DNA of 20,000 nt. Source: Ancylonema sp. Its lineage: Eukaryota. Positions 1 through 9,522 of the stretch are shown piece after piece. The notes below the pieces were generated by a model. It searched no databases, was not told the DNA's origin, and was given only the letters and a program-made list of their open reading frames with translations. Numbering within the stretch: position 1 is the stretch's first letter; the number at the start of each line of letters is the position of its first letter. The translations under genes and the position numbers were made by a program. The DNA lies in the NCBI GenBank assembly GCA_050230475.1, contig JBFLGF010000139.1:49551-69550 (forward strand). The letters run 5' to 3'.

Positions 1-1
1 T

Positions 2-410
2 ACTTTAGATGATGAACCCCCTTCCGAGGAGTTGCCCAATGGGCCGATTGTATCTGATATGCAGCACATGGTAGGACAATTGGCGGAAGTGGTAAATCAA
101 TGTCAAGGTATGCACAAGACTATGAGTGGCATCATGCAGTATGGTAGGACAGCGCTAGGAAGTGCTAGTGCTGTGATTTGCCTTGCCCCACTTGTAGCAG
201 AACAACTGTGTGCACCATGGGCCATGGGGCAGAATTATGTTGGTAGCATGTTGGCTAGGGAGGCTAGCGACCCATCGTTCCTTCCAGATCTGAACCAGGG
301 AGGGAGGACAGCAGTGTCTAACTGTCTGGGCTCAGGGAGAACAAGTGTTGGGGACTTGACACAAGGAAGTGCCCTTCCCAACCTTGGGGAGGCAACTCCT
401 TCCTCATTTC
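2..410 (+). CDS. 5' portion (open to the left window edge) of a long ORF interrupted by the copia insertion; contains the first part of a 145-aa repeat unit
   Basis: Frame 2 has no stop from nt 2 to the LTR-derived TAG at 413-415. The peptide ..DLNQGGRTAVSNCLGSGRTSVGDLTQGSALPNLGEATPSSFL matches ..GLNHGGRTTVFYCLGPGRTSVGDLTQGRSLPKLGEATPSSFL in ORF 7055-9016. It joins in frame to 6960 when the element and one TSD copy are removed. Confidence 0.75.
406..410 (+). repeat. Left 5-bp target-site duplication ATTTC
   Basis: ATTTC lies immediately before TGTAGG (411) and again at 6955-6959. The paralogous empty site CCTCATTTCTACCAAG at ~7386-7401 carries a single copy. Confidence 0.93.
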
Positions 411-862
411 TGTAGGAATTATATCGGATAGCCATGTTTGCTAGCGTGCTAGTCCGGACTGCCGGTTAGTGTAACCGGTAGTGTTCCTAGTTTGTGCTTA
501 TAATGAGGGGGCTTATAATGAGGGGCCGGACTTAGGTCCGGGCACCCGAATATGACGTTTCGGCTGTACCGTGTGTAGCACGTGCGGTCTAGATGGTTCC
601 GAATCTAGACGTTATGTTTGCGTGTGCCGTTGACAGAATCTGACTGTTGTTGAGTTATGATAGGCCGACGGTTCGCAGACATGACCGTCGGCACGCATTG
701 TAGATTCATGTTGTGGACGAGGCATCGTGGTATACCTACACGATGCCGACCATTCAAGATTATTCTTCCAACTCAACACTTTGTCATTGATCACTTCTGA
801 GAGACGAAGCCTTGTACGGAAAGAATCACAGCTCGCACCCCGATCACGTAGCATCCCTAAAA
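411..862 (+). repeat. 5' LTR (452 bp)
   Basis: Starts TGTAGGAATTATATCGGATA and ends CATCCCTAAAA. It is a direct repeat of 6498-6954 and is followed by the PBS. Confidence 0.95.
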
Positions 863-876
863 GATTATGGGCCCAC
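863..876 (+). promoter_or_regulatory. Primer-binding site complementary to the anticodon stem-loop of initiator tRNA-Met (half-tRNA priming)
   Basis: GATTATGGGCCCAC abuts the LTR. It is a 13/14 match to GGTTATGGGCCCAC, the complement of plant tRNA-iMet GUGGGCCCAUAACC (tRNA sequence recalled, not looked up). Same PBS type as Drosophila copia. Confidence 0.85.
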
Positions 877-1084
877 AAGCGGTCTAGTTAAAGACGTTGT
901 GTCAATAACTACAGGCATTCCACGCGATTCGCTGCTAAGGCACTCTGAGGTTGACGTTATTAAGTACTGCACGTAATCCTTCGATTGCGCTGCCAGTGAC
1001 TGAGGTGTGAGTAGCGCTGCACGAAACACGCTGAAGAAAGCAGCTGGGAGCTGTGAGCACCAAGAATTTTAGGTGTTGCCTAAC

Positions 1085-2125
1085 ATGACGGAAAAGTCAT
1101 ACATTCCGGTCTTCACAGGAGCAGACTACAAAGGGTGGGCATTTAAGATCAAGTTTGGTCTGGCAGACAAGGAGCTGCACGACAGTTATGTATTGGGGAA
1201 AATCGCCGAGGCAAGAAGAGCCTGCCGTGTTTCTACCACACACGCAGGATGAGCTCGATACGCTGGAGGTGCTGCGGACGTCGCTAGAACGGTCACGGCA
1301 CGCACCCAGCTCATCAGTCGACAGACTCTCCTTTGAGAGGTCTGGTCGAAGAAGAATATCGCCGCGATGGCCTACATCGTCAAACACCTCCAGACGGGGG
1401 AGCTGACGCATGTGAGGAACTGCACGACTGCTGCAGAGATGTGGGAGGCCCTGAAGTCTTTCTACGACATTCAGGGAGCCATCGAAATTGCCAACGCTGA
1501 AGCTGAGCTCACGGCAATTATCAGGGGAGAGGCGGAGGAGCTGAGCGATTACGTCAAGCGACTTCAGGAGCTGCACGACCGGCTGGGGCATCTGGGGGAA
1601 CCAGTCAATCCGGCAAAGCAGACGATAAATTTCCTGAATTCCCTGAACACTCGCTACAGCGCACGAGTGGAGAGCGTGATGTCCTGGGCAGTTTCTGCAC
1701 CATCACTCTTCACGATCCCTCAGGCCGTCAGCACTCTGTCAGCTGGCGATCGACGGGAGGTCTGCAACGACCGGAAGAGAGGGGCGCTGCCGGGAGGGCA
1801 GCAGTCCAATTTCGCTGGAAGGGGAGGTTACTCGGGCAGCTCCGGAGCTGGCCCAAGTCGACCGGGGTGGGATCGGCGTTCCCGGAAGTCGCGACCTGAC
1901 GAGAACTCAGTGCTACGGCTGCAACGAGTATGGCCACCTGAAGTCGGATTGCCCCGTGCGTCCGCCAATGAGGTGCCATGGCTGCAACCAGACCGGCCAC
2001 AGGCTGTCGCAATGCGGCCAGCAACGGCATGGTGGAGGAGGAAGATCGGCTGGCCAGGGAAGTGGCAGTCCGAAACCAAAGTGCAGATACTGTGATAAGC
2101 TTGGACACACATTGGCAGAATGTTT
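1085..2125 (+). pseudogene. gag: copia Gag (UBN2/Retrotran_gag_2-like) with three CCHC zinc knuckles
   Basis: TAAEMWEALKSFY..ELSDYVKRLQELHDRL..FLNSL. Knuckles are CYGCNEYGHLKSDC (from 1911), CHGCNQTGHRLSQC and CRYCDKLGHTLAEC. Confidence 0.88.
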
Positions 2126-2294
2126 AAAGCGTAAATCTGATCTGGCATTGTCTGCACCTGATTCGAATCTCCGTAATCAAGCTCAGGCTAGACTTGCTGC
2201 AAGACCAGACACACCTTTTGATGCCTCTAAATCCTTAGCTTATGCAGCATTCTCATCTCACGCACGGATTGCGATGGCAGCTGGAACTGATTGT

Positions 2295-2600
2295 TCGCAT
2301 CTGTGGCTTGATTCAGGCTCGACCGATCACGTCTTCGTAAACCGAGACCACTTCGTCGAGTACGACACCAACGTCCCAATGCAGCATTCTTTCATCCACA
2401 CGGCTGACGGCACGCCCCACAAGGACGAGGGGACAGGCTTCGTGCACGTGAAAGTGAAGAACGACGACTCCTCTTTCGTCGTCCCTCTCGCGGCTCTGCA
2501 CGTCCCTACAGTCGCTGCGACCCTGGTGTCCACCGACTGCCTCGTCCAGAGACGGTGGGCTGAGCTTTGCCCAGACACCACATGGCCCCAAACTGACTAA
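2295..2600 (+). pseudogene. copia aspartic protease domain
   Basis: WLDSGSTDHV..IHTADG..EGTGFV..ALHVPTVAATLVST, the typical copia protease pattern. Confidence 0.88.
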
Positions 2601-2715
2601 TAAGAATGGACTGAAATGGGCTGATGTCAGCAGGCAGAGGAATGATCTGTCGTTGCTGCATGCAATATCATCATGCCTGGTTTCTTCTGGTCTGCAAGCT
2701 AATCTGTCCATCGGC

Positions 2716-3610
2716 ATGCTCTGGCATGGCAAACTGGTTCACCCTGGTATACCAGCCATGTCAGACATGGCCAGAGGGTGATATACCGAGACTGAACCAG
2801 GAAGAGTTGACTGAGGTCAGGGATTGTGAGATCTGTTGTATGGGGAAAATGGGGACAGAAGGGGACATGCTATGGCTCGAGGAATGATGTAGCCACTATG
2901 CCGAAAATGGGGAGGTTGCATCTAGATCTGATAGGTCCTTTTGGTGTTAAGTCAATGCACGGAGGGTTTGACTACGCACAGACAGGGATAAGAGGTCAAC
3001 ACTAAGACTGTCAACAGTATCTCTCCTCAGGCACAAGAGCGAGGCTCTCAGTCAAACGCGCATCACTGTACAGAAACTTGAAGTTGAGTCAGGACTGGCG
3101 TTGAAGTCTATCAGGACAGATGGGGGGGGTGAATACACAAGTAAAGAGTGGAGAGGCTATTGTGAGGATAAAGGCATCAGACATGAACTGACTGCTCCCT
3201 ACAGCCCTCAAACAGAATGGAAATGTGTGAAAGGTTGAACGAACATTGATGGAAAAGATGAGGTGTTTGCTGATGTGGTCTAAATTGCCTAAATCGTATT
3301 GGGATGTGGCACTGATGCACGCAAACTGGTTAAGGAACAGGACCCCCACTAGTTCATTGACAGGGGGGATACATTGAGGAGTGGACAGAAGACGTCAGAT
3401 AAAAATGGACAGAAGTCACACATTCGGCTGTCTGGTTCAATATTTGCTAGTTGGGCATGATAAAAATAAACAAGGGGACAAGTATGCTGCCAGGACTGCT
3501 TTTGGGGTGTATATTGGGCTGGCAGCAGATCAGGCTGGGTACAACATCATCGACCCGCTCAGAGCCGGCGTGATGGTGCGGACAGACGTCCGTTTCTTCG
3601 AGGAAGTGCC
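2716..3610 (+). pseudogene. GAG-pre-integrase, integrase core and SH3-like C-terminus (frameshifted)
   Basis: LWHGKLVHP..CEICCMGKM; RLHLDLIGPF; LKSIRTDGGGEYTS..GIRHELTAPYSPQ; NRTLMEKMRCLL..YWDVALMHANWLRNRTPT; HTFGCLV..GVYIG..GYNIIDP..RTDVRFFE. Confidence 0.9.
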
Positions 3611-3725
3611 GGGGTACCCGAGACTCATGGGGGGGAGAGCTCCCCAGGTCGAGGCCAAAGCAGATGGACACTTTCTCCAGCTGTTCCCCGACACGGATGA
3701 TGAGCCTAAGGCTGGAGGGGTAACA

Positions 3726-3825
3726 AGCAGCAGTAACAGCTTGCAACGCCAGCAGCAGAAGCAGCAGCAGCAGCAGCAGTCCAGCAGCAGCTCCAGCACC
3801 AGTACCAGCAGCAGCAGCAGCAGCA
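3726..3825 (+). repeat. Imperfect (CAG)n tract in the integrase-RT linker
   Basis: Runs of CAGCAG visible directly; encodes poly-Q, poly-S or poly-A depending on frame. Confidence 0.9.
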
Positions 3826-4211
3826 CACAACGACCCAGGAGCCCAGATCCCATTATTACAGATTCCCAGCTGCTGAGGTCCCCATCTCTGTGGTTGAGCT
3901 GTCTGACAGTCAGTCAGTCAGGGATCAACAACGCAGGAGTGGCAGATGCGGGGAGGAGGAGGTTCAAGGAGGGGGTGGGAACCCAGATGTGGTAAATGCT
4001 GGCAGTGTAGCTGATCGGGTGATGGGGAGAAGGCGAGCCAACTTCGCGGAGTATGGGGACCTCATCTGATGTGATGGGGAGGAGTTCGACGACGCAGCAC
4101 ACGCAGCAGCTACTCAGCGACTGAGTGGGAGCCCAGCATGCTTTTTCACTGGCTTCAACGGCCCCTGTGACCCGGGCTTCTGCGTGCGTAGCCACGTCAG
4201 CTGACTCCTCC

Positions 4212-5260
4212 GAGCCTCTCACACTCAACCATGCCATGATGAGGCCAGACTGGGACCAGTGGGAAAGGGCCATTGTGGAGGAGTTAGCAGCCTTGGGGAC
4301 GTTCAACACCTTTGAGGTGTGTGAACTTCCACCAGGTAAAAAGGCTGTGGGGTGCAAATATGTGTTTAAAACAAAACACACACCACAGGGGAATATTGAA
4401 AGATATAAAGTCAGACTGGTCGCCCAGGGTTTTCTACAACAAGAGGGTATTGATTATAATGAAATATTTGCACCAGTAATCGACAGTACATCTATCACCC
4501 TACTCCTCTTTATAGCAAATCAATATGACTGGGAAATTGAACAGATGGACGTAATCACAGCGTTCTTGCATGGAAGACTGGAGGAAGAAGTTTACATGAA
4601 AATACCACCACGGATGTATATCAATGGGGGTGCTGAGGGACAGGTCTTACGACTGAAGGGAGCTTTATACGGTCTATAGCTGAGTAGCCACGTATGGCAG
4701 GAAATGTTCAGAAATTTTATGATATCTGAAGGGTTTAAACAGTGCGTAATGGACACATGTATATATATGAGGGGGGAAGCAGACAGCAGAATCATACTGG
4801 GAATACATGTAGATGATCAGGTGATCACAGGTCCTAACGCAATGGTCGTCAAAACTTTTAAAGAAGATATGGGTAAAAAGTTCAAAGTCAAGGATCTGGG
4901 TTCCCTAACCCATATCCTGGGGGTGGAAGTGAAGAGGGATAGACAGAGAAGACTGCTCACACTGGGACAGTCAGGATTCTTAAGGGGAGAGAGTGTTTGA
5001 ACGCTATGGGATGCATGAGTGTAATCCAACCAAACTCCCACTCGCCCCTGGAACTCAATTCACACAAGACGATGAACTAACTCTTCCCCCTACCTCTGAA
5101 CAAATAACTGAATTCCGGGGGAAAGTGGGGTCACTCATTTATGCAATGAAACAAACCAGACTGGATATTGGGTATACATTTGGGGTACTGGCAAAACACA
5201 TGGGAAATCCTGGGGTGGCACACATCAAATCCTCTACATCAACTGTTCAGATACCTTAAA
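4212..5260 (+). pseudogene. copia reverse transcriptase (RVT_2)
   Basis: EPLTLNHAM..W..AIVEEL; YKVRLVAQGFLQQEGIDYNEIFAPV; QMDVITAFLHG.LEEEVYM; LKGALYGL* ; LGIHVDDQVITG; KDLG.LTHILGVEV; VGSLIY..TRLDI. Confidence 0.93.
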
Positions 5261-5304
5261 GGGTACAGTGGATCACGGAATGATGCTACGTGAGGCAGAG
5301 GAAA

Positions 5305-5757
5305 TTAGAAGTAAAGGGTTACTGTGATGCTAGTTGGAACAGCTGTAGTATGACTGGAAAGTCAGTCACAGGATGGGTAACCACTGTTGGGGGAACTGCT
5401 TTAAGTTGGAAGTCACAGAAACAGTCTACAGTCGCACAGAGTACTGCAGAGGCTGAATATATTGCTGCCTGTAGTGTGTCTAAGGAATGCTGTTACCTAA
5501 AGTCTCTCCTGAATGAACTCAAATTCCCTAATGAAATCACAATCCACAGTGACTCAACTGCAGCACTCTCAATGATCCAGAATCCAGTCCAACGACAGAA
5601 AGCCAAACACTTCAATGTGGTATATCACTGGGTGAGAGAATGCCACAGAACTGGCAGACTAAAGTATATGTATCTTGCAGGGGCAAATCAACCAGCCGAT
5701 ATGTTCACTAAGGCTCTTCCACAGGTTTTATTTGACAGACACAGCAAAAGTCTATAG
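5305..5757 (+). pseudogene. copia RNase H
   Basis: GYCDASW..KSVTG..SWKSQKQSTVAQSTAEAEYIA..IHSDSTAAL..KHFNVVYHWVRE..QPADMFTKAL. Confidence 0.93.
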
Positions 5758-6279
5758 GTTTTGGGACGGTTAACTGAAATGGGGGTGCACTTTAGGTTCT
5801 ATGGGAATTTTCGGCTGCCATGCATGTTGGCAGGGGGTGTATGTTATGTTATTTTTCTTGCAGAATGTACCTGGGGAGGGCTCTCAACTTCAGCTCATCC
5901 AGCTAAGTCACCTTTACCCAAATACCTCTGACACCTGAAAACACTTAAGTACACCTGAAAAGAAAGTGCAGATCTGCTTGTATCTAAACTTGTCAGTTTG
6001 TTCATGAATTTGGCATATGTATTTCCATTCATTATTACAAATGTTGTGTCAAAATATCGTTTGATAGGACTTGTAGTTTTGAGAAGTTATGAAGTTTTAA
6101 GATTTTGGTGAAGTTCTGAGAAAGTTGTGAAGTTTTGCATATTTTCAAGTTATTCGGTTAAAAATACAGAAGATTGACATGTTGTTTTTTTGTTTTGCCC
6201 TAACTTGTGGCATTTGTTTGTATGTTCAGGGCTTCGGCCCGAAAAACGACTAAGGATCTGGAGCGATCGTCTTCTGGAG

Positions 6280-6334
6280 TTCCGATCGGCTTCCGAACGG
6301 CTTCCGAACGGCTTCCGATCGTCTTCCGATCGGC
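6280..6334 (+). repeat. Five tandem copies of an 11-bp unit TTCCGA(T/A)CG(G/T)C in the copia 3' UTR
   Basis: ttccgatcggc ttccgaacggc ttccgaacggc ttccgatcgtc ttccgatcggc. Confidence 0.9.
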
Positions 6335-6488
6335 TGATCGACTGTTTATTGATAAATGCCTCTAGCACATGGATATGCTAGAGAAGACCCTACTATTCCG
6401 TGGGCTATGCAATGGTCTTGCCATGACTTATCTGTTGAGAGGGTGGTCCTTTTGGTGCTGACTTAATGCCAAACTTGGCATGGCATCC

Positions 6489-6497
6489 GAGGGGGTG
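6489..6497 (+). promoter_or_regulatory. Polypurine tract
   Basis: GAGGGGGTG immediately 5' of the 3' LTR. Confidence 0.85.
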
Positions 6498-6954
6498 TGT
6501 AGGAATTATATCGGATATCCATGTTTGCTAGCGTGCTAGTCCGGACTCTGCCGGTTAGTGTAACCGGTAGTGTTCCTAGGTTGTGGTGCTTATAATGAGG
6601 GGCCGGACTTATGTCCGGACACCCGAATATGACGGTTTCGATTGTGCCGTTTGTAGCACGTGCGGGTCTAGATGGTTCCGAATCTAGAGACGTTATGTTT
6701 TGTCAGACCTGTCCGGCGTGTGCCGTTGACAGGATCTGACTGTTGTGGAGTTATGGGCCGACGGTTCGCTGATACGACCGTCGGCACGCTTTGTAGATTC
6801 ATGTTGTGGACGAGGCATCGTGGTATACCTACACGATGCCGACCATTAAGATTATTATTCGTCCAACTCAACACTTTGTCATTGATCACTAGAGACGAAG
6901 TCCTTGTACGGAAGAATCACTGCCTCGCACCCCGATCACGTAACATCCCTAAAA
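6498..6954 (+). repeat. 3' LTR (457 bp)
   Basis: TGTAGGAATTATATCGGATA...CATCCCTAAAA, followed by the TSD ATTTC. Confidence 0.95.
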
Positions 6955-6959
6955 ATTTC
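6955..6959 (+). repeat. Right 5-bp target-site duplication ATTTC
   Basis: Matches 406-410. The sequence after it (TACCAAGCGCCCCAAGAAAAAG) matches the empty-site paralog. Confidence 0.93.
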
Positions 6960-9012
6960 TACCAAGCGCCCCAAGAAAAAGTTTAGAGGACTATAAAGTC
7001 AAAATTTCATTAAAAGAGTCGAAAAAAGGGGAGACAGATCAGGCTGGCAACCATATGAGCTCTCGTAGTATGCGGTCTAGGGTGTCTGCCAACGCAAGTG
7101 TTTGCAAGTCAGAACTAGGTCAAGGCATGGTGACAGTTCCCTTTTCGCAGACATCAAGAAAGAAGGTCACTCGGGCAGCATCAGGGAACGAGTTGGGTGT
7201 TATGCATGGTGACCATGTGAGCGCTGGTAGCATGTTGTCTAGCGCGTCTGTACATGCATCTCCTTTTGCAGGTCTGAACCACGGAGGGAGGACAACAGTG
7301 TTTTACTGTCTGGGCCCAGGGAGAACAAGTGTTGGGGACTTGACACAAGGTAGGTCCCTTCCCAAACTTGGGGAGGCAACTCCTTCCTCATTTCTACCAA
7401 GTCCCCCAAGAAAAAGTCCAGAGGACTATAAAGGCAATTTTTTTTCAAAAGAGCCGAAAAATGGGGGGACAAATCGGGTTGACAGCCGTCTGAGCTCTGG
7501 TAGTGTAGTGTCTAGGGTCTCTGTCAGTGCCCATGCTAGCATGCCAGGAGTAGACCAAGACAAGGTACCAGCTCTTTCCATTCCCGATGTGATTTCTTTG
7601 CAGACTCAACTGCTGTATCACGACCAGCTTCGTAGCAAACCTGCTAACTCGGGGAGCCCCAGTAGCATGTTGTCTAGCGAGTCTGTACCCAAAGGTGTCA
7701 GTCCCAGTTTCGGAGAGGGAACACCTTTCCCTGTTTTGCCATGCAATATTTCTTCGTTTTTATCTGGAAAAGCAATAGCACTGGGGACACAGATGTCTAA
7801 TCTGCCCCACTCCCAGGTGTGCATGACCACGGGTGCCGCTGCTTTTTCTGCCAACCACCATGACCTCCCCAGCCAGTTGAGCTTTAGCTGGGATGCACTT
7901 GGGGTGGACGCGGCAGTTGTCAGGGATATCCGCACTCCGCTGGCGGATCAGTTCGTGCAGTCAAGCTTCGGAAGCTCTCTTGTTCCAGCAGCCGGTGGTC
8001 AACAAGGGGCGGCCAGTCAGTTCGATGCCAGTTATGCCACGGTCGTGCCTGGTAACTTGCGAGATATCATTATGTGGAAAAACGTGTCCCTAGCTAACCA
8101 AACTGGTGTTTTTACAATTGGAGGTGTCGCCACTACCAAGAACATCGTGGACACCGGTACCAACTTAGTTCAGATCGGTAAGCGGGTCGCCACCCAATTA
8201 GGTTTACAGAATTCTGACCTCAATCCTGGCATCTCTTACACCATGGCATCTGGTGAAACCGCAATGTGTCGCGGGGTAACCAAGAAAACTTTTCCTGTGG
8301 CATTGTTTGCTGGCACACCCAATGAAACTAAAGTGCATCTCAATATCATGGTAGGTGACGCTGAGTGTTATTACGTGCCGATTGGTACCCATTTCATCAA
8401 CCGGGTCACCAATGTGCTTGGTATTCGGGAGGCATACTGGGAAGTCATGCGTGATTGGGAGGGTGCCATCCATAAACGGGTCAAGGTGCCCATTGACATG
8501 TACGTAACCCCAGCTGAGATGCGTTCCCGTCAAGATGCGTTGCTTGCTAAGTTGAAGTTAGAGACCGACAACTTGCGCAATATTCAGACCAATTTTCAGC
8601 ACAGCCAGTTCGACCAGGACGTTTTTCACGGGTTTGCTGGCAGCGATGTCAGCCTCACTCCCCCTCGCGCCGAAGCTAACGTGATGCGCGACTTGGCGGA
8701 CCAGTGGAACGCCCAGGAAGAAATCCGTGACGCAGTGCTGGAAGATCAGGCAGCAACTATTGCCACCAGTATCCTTACCACCTGGCTGTTAGCCACCCTA
8801 GGATTGAATTTTTCTGCCTTGCCATTAGCAGACTGCCAACAGCATTTGGATTTGGTTCGAGTGCATGCTATCAGCATACGTAACTGGCTAGCAAAGTTTG
8901 GGCTGGATAGCCGTGCTGGACCACCTTCCTTGACTCTAACTAATCGGCAAGAAGTTGTCCGTGCTGCCATACCTTTTCTTGAACAACTGCAGCGTGATGT
9001 CGCTACTCCCGC
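6960..9012 (+). CDS. Large exon/ORF encoding Ser/Gly-rich repeats plus a retropepsin-like aspartic protease domain and a helical C-terminal region
   Basis: Open from the TSD through ATG 7055 to TGA 9014-9016. Contains NIVDTGTNLVQIGKRVATQLGL (DTG at 8150-8158), flap-like YTMASGET and a VPIGTHF hydrophobic-Gly motif. A GTGAGT donor at 9013 overlaps the stop. Confidence 0.75.
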
Positions 9013-9204
9013 GTGAGTGTTCTTTCTATGAACCAATATTTTCGATCTTGACTAGTCGGTTATGCGAGTCATCTTAGTTTTCCTTATTACATATGTTCGC
9101 ATCTCTTCATCTTCTATTTTTTTCGTCACGTATCACATGTCATTCATGGCAATTTTTTAGTAGCATCTCATTCGCTTTCCACCATCTATCTCTTTGTGAA
9201 TCAG

Positions 9205-9340
9205 GTACAATCCATACGGTATCGGTGTCGAAGTTAATTTCTTGGAAGACCGCACGCTCATGGGCCCTTGCCTATCAACGGTGGATTTTGCCGAGTCCAC
9301 TGCGGACTCTGAAGTCGGCAATCTGGAAGTCGTGACAGGG
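9205..9340 (+). CDS. Predicted downstream exon of the retropepsin gene (YNPYGIGVEVNFLEDRTLMGPCLSTVDFAESTADSEVGNLEVVTG)
   Basis: Pyrimidine-rich ..TCAG acceptor at 9204 and GTAAGT donor at 9341. The only fully open frame is the one required by the phase-2 donor at 9013. Confidence 0.6.
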
Positions 9341-9522
9341 GTAAGTCTTTAATTTCTCTTTCTAAAACAATAGTTTAGAATTCGAAATGAGTGATGGTAC
9401 CATTTCGGTTATCACATTCGTTTGGACGTCATTCCTCATATTTTATCAGGTATAAGAGGGAGGAAAATGGAAGAGCAAACATTTTTTCTTTTTTTTTCGT
9501 TGGTTGGTGTTCTTTATCGTAG

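Larger units (their letters stand above)
1085..5757 (+). pseudogene. copia gag-pol polyprotein, broken by many frameshifts and stops
   Basis: ATG at 1085 (MTEKSYIPVFTGADYKGWAFKIKFGL). Recognisable domain pieces are spread across all three forward frames. Stops occur at e.g. 2598-2600 and 4677-4679. Confidence 0.93.
411..6954 (+). mobile_element. Full-length, decayed Ty1/copia LTR retrotransposon (~6.54 kb)
   Basis: Paired LTRs, TSD, PBS and PPT are present. The domain order gag-PR-INT-RT-RNaseH is diagnostic of Ty1/copia. Confidence 0.97.

Noticed and set aside
3447..3853. Minus-strand poly-Leu/Cys/Ala ORFs
   Set aside because: Antisense reading of the CAG tract inside copia pol.
4807..4818. 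HVDD in place of YVDD in RT
   Set aside because: HVDD is a known variant in some copia RTs and the copy is a pseudogene, so it is not evidence of novelty.
5760..6490. Possible env-like extra ORF between RNase H and the 3' LTR
   Set aside because: Only short ORFs of about 60-70 aa overlapping the 11-bp repeat; no coding signature.
7055..9016. Calling the ORF DDI1 or a Ty3/gypsy gag-pol
   Set aside because: No UBL/UBA domains or DDI1-like DSGAQ context are visible, and no zinc knuckle, RT, RNase H, integrase or associated LTR is seen in the window.
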